From: Vicugna vicugna
Taxonomy: Eukaryota
Length of the DNA: 64,000 nt
NCBI GenBank assembly: GCA_013265495.1
Contig: MU060720.1
Location: 181,425 to 245,424 of the forward strand
Direction: 5' to 3'
Shown: positions 35,179 through 44,671 of the stretch, piece after piece
Layout of the letters: each line of letters begins with the position of its first letter
Position numbering within the stretch: position 1 is the first letter of the stretch
The notes under the pieces: generated by a model
What the model was told of the DNA's origin: nothing
Seen by the model: the letters and a program-made list of their open reading frames with translations, nothing else
Databases searched by the model: none
Position numbers and translations under genes: made by a program

Positions 35179-36064
35179 CTTGGGTCCGTCAAGTAAACCT
35201 GCCCTAGTGAGATCAGCAGTGAAATCGGGCTCATTGTTCCCCCCTCCCCCTACCCCGGGCTGTGACCTGACCGTTCGTTCATTCGTGGAGGACGAGAGGG
35301 TGAGTCACACGCAGCCCCCACTCCCGCGAGTTTAGACTCCAGCTGTAGAGTGGGACGAGCCGGCGGATCCTCGTGTGTGCTCACCTGTGCACAGAGACAC
35401 GCGGGAGGGTCGCGCGGGAGCGGTGATCCCGGCCTGGGGAGGAAGGGGCACTCGGGGACAGGCCCTGGGTGTCAGCACAGCCACACTCAGAGCACCGTCT
35501 GTGGGCTGCTTGCTTGAAACCCCAGGGCTGTCGGCTCCACCTGAAGACAGCCCGAGAAACCGTACGGGAAGGGCAGGTGCCCGGAATGTCCGTCGCGGTG
35601 GCAGAGTGTCCTGGGGGCGGCCTGAGCTGCCCTCCTGCACGTGTCCTCCCAGCCTCTCCCAGTTTGGGTGAACTTTGGTTTCCTGGTCCTGCATTCTGGC
35701 CAGTTAGCGCCTGGCGCCCTCCTCTGTGGACCCAGCGGACGGCCCTCGAGTGGAGGAAGCTGCGTCGGGGGAGGGGACGCTTCAGGGCCTTTCCTGTGTA
35801 AAGGTTCAAATACACAGGCGTTTTCATCTCTCAGCGAGAACCTGGCAGAGGCTGGGACTTGGACGGACTCCTAGCTGCAGGGAATGCGTGTCTGGGTTCC
35901 CACCGCAGGGGCCGAGGTCTCGGCCAGGCTGTCTGTCTGGTGTGTGCTGGGCTCTGGACGGCAGGAGGGGCTCCCCGGGCCGGCTGGCGGCCCCGGCCAC
36001 CGATCTCTGAGACGACATCATCCTCGGATTTTTTCCCTCCTGGAGTTTGGTGAATGCATCCTTG

Positions 36065-36170
36065 TCACAGGTGCCGTCTCCTCCCCGCCTCCTCACGGGG
36101 TCTGTGGGCTCATCTCCTCTGCTTACAGGGATTCTGTGTCGAGACCGGTTAACACGGGTCTCGGGGGTCG
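36065..36170 (-). mobile_element. Possible second MLT1 fragment
   Basis: gccgtctcctccccgcctcctcacggggtct...ctctgcttacagggat parallels 35005-35070. Confidence 0.35.
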
Positions 36171-39100
36171 AGTTCCGAGGGGTAAGGCCGTGTCCGCTCT
36201 GGCGGGTTGGGAACCCCGTGTGGGAAGGTGGAGGGCTCCGTCCTTCCTCCCTCCCCCTGGGGGGCTGGCGGGAGGGCTGTCCCTCCCTCCCTCTGCACAC
36301 CCCCACCCCACCTCCCCGTCTTTGCACTGTGCTCGCCCGAGGGCCAGATTTTCGAGGCCACCCCCTCGGGCGCTCAGCAGACTCGCTGCCGTCGGGGGCG
36401 GCTGGCATGTCGGTATGTAACCTCACTGAGGAATCCGCGTGGGCGCGGCCGCCGGGAGCCTGGCCATGGTCCAGGCCCTGAGGGCTCGTAAACACTTTCC
36501 CAGCCGCGTGCCTTGTCTTGTTGTCTCTGCTGGTGCAAACCCCGTGGCCGCTGAATCCCGCCGCCGTGGTGGTGGCCCCGACCTGGCCCCAGCGACCAGC
36601 CTGCGTAGCTCCTGCTGCCTGCTCAGGGCACTTGGGTGACGTCCGGGCAGAGGACGCGCCCGGGGTCCCCGGACTTGCTCCCGCGGGGGCTGTTGTCGGA
36701 GGCAGTTGTGTGTCCGTCTGTGTATTGCCCTGCGAGTATGCGCTGTCAGGCATCTTTCTCCCCCGCTGGGCCGCGGGGCCCTGCCACCCTCTGACATCAC
36801 TGTGGCCTCCATCTGAGTGATACCGCGCTGGCCCTGGCTAACGCAGGCGCTCCAACTCACCAGGGCAGCTGACAGGTTTGTGAAACCTTAGGGTGTGTGG
36901 CTGTGGCTGCGTCTTTGAGGACACACGTTCCTTGGAGCCATCTAGACGGCCACTGGGGCCACCAGCAAAGTGGGTGGAAGCAGGTGACCCTCTTCCTGGA
37001 GGGGGCACGTGGCAGCTTCGATAACTGAGGGAGAATGGAACTTGAAGAGGGGCCTCCACTGACCAGGCTGGCCAGGGGAGGGGCAGGGACTGGGACCCCA
37101 GAGGGCCGACCTCTGACCCCGAGGCAGGTGCTCCGGGGACCGTGTCCTCTGGTTTGGAATTTCTAGAACACATCAACCCTTGGCCTTCAGATTTTAGAAT
37201 ATTTGCATTTGAAACGACAATTCCAAGAGCTGGGTCTCAATTTTGCATGCGGGGAAAATACCCCTTGGTCCAAGGTGCTTTTCCTCCTGTAGGTGGAAAG
37301 TTTGAAATAAAAACACGCCAGTGCCGCCTCAGGATTAAGCAGGTCTGGTAGTATATCAGTCATTTAAAAAGAATTTTTTAATTTTTTAAGTTAAAAAAAA
37401 TTAAAATGTGTTAGTCTTGAGGCCCCAGATTGTTGGCGACTGTCTCTCTCGGGGCCGTTGGTAACAAGTGCATAAAACGCAGCAGATACAGCGAATGTTT
37501 GGATTCACATACTGTGTTCCTACGCGGTGCTGATTTGATCCTTGTAACAAATTCGCAAGGCCGTCATTTTAATACAGAGAAAGTCGTGTCGTCAGAGGTA
37601 GTAAGGGTGTTCCCCAAGCCACAGGCCCGCCCTGCCCACACCGCGTGTCTCCGCTGTGCGCTTTGGAGGATGGCCTGTGACAGCCGATGGCCTTTGGTGC
37701 CCTGCTCACTGTTTGAGTTTTTCCCTCTGTTTCCCCACTGTTTCACTGTTTTCCCCTCGTGCAAAGTTGAGCACTGGCTCTTGTGAGTGTCCTTTCAAAT
37801 GCAGATAGTCTAAAATCTGAAGGCCAAGGATTGCCGTGTCCTAGAGACTCGCTGGGGAGACCTAGGTAAATAAAACTGCTAACGTAGATGGATGAGGGGT
37901 AAATGGCAGACCTCGGTGGCTCGAATCTTTACGCAACGTCACCAACACTTGATATCTTCAGCGGTTCTCCCGTGGCAGGTGTAGACAGGTGATTCTGGTC
38001 TCTCGTCACCGACGCCACCGAGGTTGGCCGTCGTGGATGGTGACCAGTCTGGCTCTGTGGAGGCCCCCGGGCAGGGCTCCTGCGGGGTGGGTCCATCCCC
38101 TCTCCGGTCAGAGCCGCTCAGACCCCAATGAGGGAGATGCCCGTGGTCTTCTGTGCCTTCGGGAGACGGGGTCATTCCTGAGGTTCCTAGGAGCGGGACA
38201 GGTGGGGGGTCCACCCCGAGCAGCGGGGAGGGAGGTCCATCCACCGTGAAACAGTGGGAGGGCTTCGGGGGGGCTCAGGTCTCAGGAGGGGGCTGTTCTT
38301 GGGAGGCTCCCCCTCCCTCCACCCGAGCCCTTCTTGTCCCTGGAAAAACTAGGCGTTTTCAGACACCCAAGTCTCGCTGGGCCCGGGGAGGTGCCCGGGC
38401 TCCACCTGCCCACGGGCGCTGGCCCGCTACTGGCGGTCCGGGGTGCGATCTGCGGGCTGGCCTGGCCTGGGGCCGCCCGCTTAGGGGAGATCAGTGCCTG
38501 GAGGCCGTGTTTTGGGCAGCTGGGCCGCACCTCAGTGTTTATAAAGACTTGAGCGCCCAGACTGGGGCGTCTCTGAACCCCTCTTTCCTTTTGTCCAGCT
38601 CATCCCCGCTCTTGCTCTAACTTCCAAGGCCCCACGGGGAGAGGGCCGGTGGGTCGCGTCAGCCCGTGGACACGGGCTCGCGGGGGACCACCATCCTGTG
38701 GGGTCTCCCCTGCGGCACTGGGGTGGGGGCCTCGGCCGAGCGGTCGGTGCAGGACGTGGGCCCCGGTGCGGTGAGGGGCAGGCAGCACATTCTGGAAGGA
38801 AGCTGAGAGGCCAGCCTCTGATCCGACCCTGCTGAGGGGCCGGAGGACGTGTGGCCGGTGAGCCACCTGCTGTTGGGCAAGCAAGCTGAAGTTTTCACGC
38901 TTCTGCAGAATTCTTGTTGGCTGGTTCCAGATGGCTGGGCAGGGCCCTGAAGCCTCCAGGTGCCCCTTCTGCCGGGCACGTGGGGTGAGGGGAGTGCCCC
39001 CTCCATTCTGTGCATCTGAGAGCAGAATCCAAGCTGCTTCTGGCCACATACCCCTGGGGGCCCCGGAGAGGAGCCCCTGCCCTGCTGTGGGAGGAAAGAG

Positions 39101-39762
39101 GGGTCCCCTCTCTGCAGCACGCCACCCCTCTGTGGCCTTCCAGCCATCCCCATGGCCAGCGCCGCCCAGGTTGGGGTGGAAAGTGATGCTCAGGGCTCCT
39201 CCCCTGCCCGCCCTCCCCTGGTGGTACCCCTGTGCGTCAGTGCGGTCACCCCGGAGGCCTGAGCTGCACCCCGGGACCCTGGGCCGCCACAAACAGCCCG
39301 AGGTCAAATCACATCCCTGGTGCTTCTGGAGGCTGGTCTCAAATGACCACTCAGGACGCCTGGACAGCCCGACACTGGAATTTAAGAGCCAGGCCTCTCT
39401 CCCCTCCCCCCCGCCCCGCGTCTGCGGCTCTGTGTGAATTACAACCTGCAGAGAAGCATCGAGCACGTTACAGGAGGTCCTGACCAGCAGCTCCTTCCCC
39501 GAGAACGGGCAGGCTTTAGATGAAGCACAGAGAGTTCAGGTGAAACTACGAAAAAGAGGCCACGGAATTTCGTTCTGTGGATGTCTCTCGGAGTTAGAGG
39601 TGCAGTCACCCGCGTTCGCAGGGCTGTGGGGTTCCTGCCCTGCTGGGACAGCTCAGCGTCCTGCAGAGGGACCCGCACCTGGGGTGGTGATGCCAGCAGC
39701 CTGACTCGGGGGCAGGGCACTCCCCGGGCCCTCCTGCAGTGCTCTGCCTGTGCGCCCCTCAA

Positions 39763-40003
39763 GTGTCACCCGTGGTCTGGTGTCACCCGTGGTCCAGTGT
39801 CACCCGTGGTCCAGTGTCACCCATGGTCCAGTGTCTGTGGTCCAGTGTCATCCATGGTCCAGTGTCTGTGGTCCAGTGTCATCCGTGGTCCTAGTGCTGT
39901 TGGTGGTCTGGGTGTTGTCCGTGGTCCTGGTGTTGTCCATGGTCTGGTGTTGTCCATGGTCTGATTTTTTAGGAGTTCAAGTCTCGTCCATGGTCCAGTG
40001 TCC
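39763..40003. repeat. Degenerate ~17-bp minisatellite (GTGTCACCCGTGGTCCA)
   Basis: Tandem units read directly; ends 20 nt before the acceptor at 40024. Confidence 0.9.
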
Positions 40004-40024
40004 ACAGCGTGCCCTTGTTTCCAG

Positions 40025-40154
40025 GTGAAGTGCTACCACAAGAGATACCGCTCGGCCACCCGCGACGTCGTCTTCCGCCTGCAGTTCCACACAGGCGCCG
40101 TCCAGGGCTACGGCCTCGTGTTTGGAAAGGAGGACCTGGACAACGCCTGCAAAG
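40025..40154 (+). CDS. TNS3: TNS3 exon [43 protein letters not shown] (C2)
   Basis: Acceptor cccttgtttccag, donor AAG|GTGAGG; 130 nt. Confidence 0.97.
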
Positions 40155-40444
40155 GTGAGGCCCCCCCACCAGGTGTGTGCAGACGTCCCCTGCCACCACC
40201 TTGTGCCTCCCTCCCCACCTCCGTAAATTAGCCTATTGTTAAGTTATCCAGTCCCACAAAAGGCTGATTGATCCAGCAAGGAAAAAACTCTTGCACAGTG
40301 AAGCTATCGGCACCTTCTCGGCCGTGGGCGCACTGCTGCGGACGTGGGGGTGGTGCTGCCCAGGCTGGCCTGTGAGGTCAGAGTTCACCCAAGCTTTTTG
40401 GGGCTCGTTGTTCCAGACATGCTGAAATAGGATTTCTTTTTTAG

Positions 40445-40510
40445 ATGACCGTTTTCCTGATGACGGGAAGGTTGAGTTGGTCTTCTCAGCCACTCCGGAG
40501 AAGATTCAAG
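40445..40510 (+). CDS. TNS3: TNS3 exon D-DRFPDDGKVELVFSATPEKIQ (C2 end)
   Basis: Acceptor tttctttttttag, donor AAG|GTGCGT; 66 nt. Confidence 0.96.
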
Positions 40511-40605
40511 GTGCGTGGAGGTGGGAGGCTGCCGGGGCGGGATGCTGGCCTGCTCCCGCCATGCGGTCATCGGAGTCTCTGTGTAGCCTCCTACTTTTGA
40601 GCATG

Positions 40606-40678
40606 TGGAAATATTTATTTATTTATAACATTTTTTACTGATTTATAATCATTTTACAATGTTGTTGGAAATATTTAT
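40606..40678 (-). mobile_element. 47-nt 5'-truncated L1 tail (40619-40665) with perfect 13-bp TSD TGGAAATATTTAT
   Basis: TSDs at 40606-40618 and 40666-40678. Insert ttatttataacattttttactgatttataatcattttacaatgttgt resembles recalled camelid L1 3' end in reverse. Confidence 0.75.
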
Positions 40679-40691
40679 AATACATTTTTTA

Positions 40692-40835
40692 GGAGTTGGG
40701 TGTAGCTCAGCGGTAGAGCGGGTGCTTAGCATGCACGAGGTCCTGGGTTCAATCCCCAGTACCTCCTCTAGAATAAATACAGAAACCTAATTACCTTCCG
40801 TCTCCCAAAGAAGGTAAAAAAAATATAAATTAAAG
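40692..40835 (+). mobile_element. tRNA-derived camelid SINE, sense orientation
   Basis: GGGTGTAGCTCAGCGGTAGAGCGGGTGCTTAGCATGCACGAGGTCCTGGGTTCAATCCCCAGTACCTCC, then aacctaattacc and A-rich tail. Confidence 0.92.
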
Positions 40836-41627
40836 AAAAGTAGGATGTTAGACAGTGGGAGGGGTTGGTTCAGAGACAGCTGGGCCCAGGTGGGACAGTA
40901 TGACCCCAGGGAGGCGTGACTTGCCCAAGGAAGGTCGCAGAACCTCAGGACTAGGGCCCTGTTTACATCTCCCCTCAACAAACAAACAAGTGTTTTTAAA
41001 GAGGATTGGAAGTACACAGACAGCGGGTAGTCACATGCAGAATAGACTCTCCTTCCTTCTAAACATACACGGAAAGGGAAACCCGGCCCTTTGTCATCAG
41101 GGCGGTGGTCCGTCTCCATCACGGAGACCCGTGTGTTTGAATTCAGTGTCTGAGGAATCACCGTGGTTCCCTGCTCAGTGCTGCAGAGTTAGGCGTGAAC
41201 AGTTGAGTGCAAGGCTGTGGGTCAGAATGGCCTTGGTGTCCCCAGAGTGACGGAAGAGAGGCGTGTGGATCCGGGGGCCCGGAGCCTGGGCCAAGCCCGC
41301 CCCTCCTGTCCTGCGCCCGGAGCCGGTCCTCTGGGTCCGGGTTGGCGGAGAAGCAGGGTGGTCCTGTGGTGCGGAAGCCACACCCGGAGCCCAGCGCCCG
41401 GCGCAGGGTGGACGGAGGAGCGATGCCCCCCGTTCCTGTCTGCCAGGCACTTCACTCCTGTTCAGTTCACCCCAGACGGCACCGGCCCCTCCGACAGGCC
41501 GGCGGGGAGGGTGTGGGCCTGGGCACTGGGCTCCCACACGCCAGTCTGGCCGCTCTCTGTCTCGGTACCGGCCGACACCTAGAGGTGCCAGCTCGCGGTG
41601 TTAAGCCTGTACCCCCTCCCCCCGCAG

Positions 41628-41732
41628 GGTGTGAGCATTTGCAGAACGACCACGGGGTGATCGTGGACTTAAACACGGCAGACCCGCTGATCCGCTGGGA
41701 CTCCTACGAGAACCTGAGTGCAGACGGGGAAG
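41628..41732 (+). CDS. TNS3: TNS3 exon G-CEHLQNDHGVIVDLNTADPLIRWDSYENLSADGE
   Basis: Acceptor ccccccgcag, donor AAG|GTGGGT; 105 nt; contains the WDSYEN motif. Confidence 0.96.
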
Positions 41733-43608
41733 GTGGGTGCCATGAGCGGGGTCAGGGTTACGAGGGACAGCCGCCTGCTCACGTGCAGACCAGAGACGTC
41801 CCTGCCGTCTGCTCGGGGGACAGGACCCTCCCGTTGTGAGTCTGAAGGCACGGGCGAGAACCGGGCTTGGGGACTTGGGGTCCGGCTTTGTATCAGCTGC
41901 AACGGATGGTGCCCAGTGAGTGAAGGCCTCATCCCGCCCGCTGTTGTACGCCTGCGGGTTGCCAGGCGCTGTCTTATGCCCGATGGTGGGCAGGGATGCC
42001 CGGCGTGGCGCCTGAGCGCTGGCAGTCTTCCTGCAGTCGGGCGGCCCCGGGGAGGAGGCGTGTGGGCTCGGTTTCTGTCTGTTCTTGACACTGGAGTCCT
42101 GGGTGCATCACTTAGCCTCTGTTTTTTGGCCGAATAATGCTCCGAAGTGTGGCTTTGGGAGTAAGGGAGTGGAACTGAGACAAGAGGGAGGTGTTCGTAC
42201 AAGGTGCGGCTGGGAGCGTCTCATCGGCTTGGGTTCCTTCGCTTCGTCCCTGGAGGGACAGTTATCACCCGCCCGTTCCTTTTAAAACCCGGGCCTCTGC
42301 CCTTTGTCGGATGCAGCCCGGCGGCGGTGTCGATCGCGTGGCTGCTGTCCCCGGGGTCACGCCGGGTGTCCTGCGGCCCTCGGGCTCCAGGCAGGCACCC
42401 CGGGGGCGGATGCAGGGAAGGTGGCCTGGGTGGGGCGGGGGCGCGGAGACTCTCGGGTCTCTTGGAGGGCCCGGGTCTCTCCAGGCGAGTGGCACCACTT
42501 TCTGAGAACCCAGAACATCTCTACCGTCTGGAGGTGAAACTCGGAGCCCGCTGGCAGTCACTCCCGCCCCCGGGAACCCCCACCCCCCACCGCGTTTCCA
42601 TGGACGCAGCCGCGGGGCGTGGCCTCCGCGAGGCCCCTCCCACTGCGTGCCGCTGTGAGGGCGGGGTCACGTGTGCTGACGCTGCTTTCTTCCCTTCTGG
42701 CCCCTGTTCGCAGAGCGCTCGGGCCCGCCCCGAGTCCGCGCGCGCAGCGGCGCGTGGGCGCGTGGGTTGTTCGCGCGTCTGGGACAGGGGACTGCTGCCG
42801 CGGGGGCGCTCTGCGCGCGTGTTGGCCCCACGCTGTCCCCCGCCGCCGCTGGTCTTCCCGCCCACGTTGTGCAGTTTCCGCCTCTCGTCCCGTGGTCCTC
42901 ATGAGGTTGCGCTTCCTGGGTGCCTCCTCTGCTTTCGGGCCCCGCGCCGGGGCTCGCACGCCACGTGCCGCAGGCCTCCGTCCGCAGGGTCTGCTCTGGG
43001 TTAGCTGCGGAGGCCCGGGCACAGAGTGCCCCCGTGCGGCATTAGGAGGCCGGAGGCCCTTCGGAGCACGAGGCCCAGAGCCCCCCGTCGGCGCACAGAC
43101 CCCGCCGCTGCAGGGGAGCTCAGCTGTCACCGCCCGCCGCGTGCGCTGCGTGGTCGGGCCCCGCCGCTGGGACGGGGGGACAGGGCAGCGTTCCCGGCGC
43201 GAGCGCACGGAGGCCGCCCGCAGCGGCACCGCCGAGACCTGAGGCCGCTGGCGCCCCTGCCACGGGCTCCTGGAGGCGGCCCCAGCGCGTGTGTGACGCC
43301 CCCGCCGCAGGAGGAAAGCGCGCCCCGAGCCCCAGGCGGCGGGAGACGAGCCGCGAGGCGGACAGGCTCCCTCTGACACAGCTGAAGTGGAGAGAAGAGG
43401 CCAGCCTGCCGCGATTATTTCGTCCCTTCCTCACCGTGGGCACCTCAGCCGGTGCTTTCCGCACGGCTGTCAGCCTTGGGGCGGAAGGGTCTGCTTTGAG
43501 GGCTCCGTCCTGCAGGAGGCGGGGGACCCCACCCGCTCTGGCACTGCCCCCGTTCACCCCAGTCCCCAAACCCGATCGTTCAGGGTACCGTTTCTAATCT
43601 CGTTTCTT

Positions 43609-43735
43609 TCTCTTTTTGCTTTTTGGGAGGAAGAAGTAATTAGGGGTCTTTTTTTTAACGGAGGCGCTGGGGATTGAACCCAGGACCTCGTGCGCGCTAA
43701 GCACACGCTCCACCGCTGAGCTGGCCCCTCCCCCC
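43609..43735 (-). mobile_element. tRNA-derived camelid SINE with perfect 12-bp TSD ATCTCGTTTCTT
   Basis: TSDs at 43597-43608 and 43736-43747. Confidence 0.93.
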
Positions 43736-44624
43736 ATCTCGTTTCTTCCGACGTGAGCTCTTCGGAGGAAAATGGATGTGGTCAGTCCGACCCTCCTTTA
43801 CTCGCAGTGGCACTGTTATTAGTGGAGTGGGCCAGTTCCCTGGAGGGGAGGCGGGCCGCTCAGCCCCCTGCACCCAGCACCAGGCGGAGTGGACCCTGCC
43901 CAAGAAGTGCAATGTGTCCCACAGCAAAAGAGGCTTTCTCCGTGGTGCAAACGTGTCGTGTGCCCGGTTGGCCGTTCCGGGATCGGGGGGCGGGCCGTGC
44001 TGACCTGCTGGCTGTGCCCCGTGTCCCTGACGGGTGCTGACATCTGTGAAGTTCCAGCGTGTTCTGGCTTCAGAGGGGGCTCTGCTGTTTGCTCGGTGTG
44101 TTCTGTGCATTTAAAGACTGGGAGCACCTGGTCAGCCGCTGGCTGGAGCCCCCTCAGCTGCACAGACCACAGCCCCAGCAGGTGCCCGGGCAGGGCATGC
44201 CCTGGCTGATGTGCTGAAGCACCAAGTGAGGCTAGAACTGCGTCGGTCAAGCGATGGGCTGGCGCTGGCTCCTCTGGTCAGCCTCTCCGCTCGGGGAGGG
44301 ACACTCTGGAGGGAAGCCCTTGCCCCGCCTCCTCCTCCGCCTCCAGGGTTCAGATTGCACTCCACCTGATTGCAGGGAGCCCCACCCTCCTGTTTACGTT
44401 GCCCTGGACTTTTTGGGTGGAACCAAAGTCCGTCCCTTAGCTGATCTTCCTCCTTCTGCCCAGACTGGAGAGGGAGGCCAGGTCCCTGGGGGGGGGGGGA
44501 CACGCACCCGCCCTGGGGATGCTGCATTCTGGGCTGGAAGGCTTTCCTTCGTGGAAGAGAGGGGCCAGCAGTTGTGGGCTGAACGGGCTTCGGGGCTGGT
44601 TGGAAGGAAGGTAAGCAGGGAGCC

Positions 44625-44671
44625 TGTGTGCATGTGCATGCGTGTGTGTGTGTGTGCGTGCGCGCACACAC
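44625..44671. repeat. 47-nt perfectly alternating purine/pyrimidine (TG/CA/CG) tract
   Basis: Read directly. Confidence 0.9.

Noticed and set aside
37373-37407. AT-rich near-palindrome (possible cruciform)
   Set aside because: Imperfect run lengths; typical of A/T homopolymer slippage.
40692-40770. tRNA-Ala(AGC)-like sequences (7 copies)
   Set aside because: They have A-rich tails, a shared non-tRNA 3' part and TSDs, so they are SINEs, not tRNA genes.
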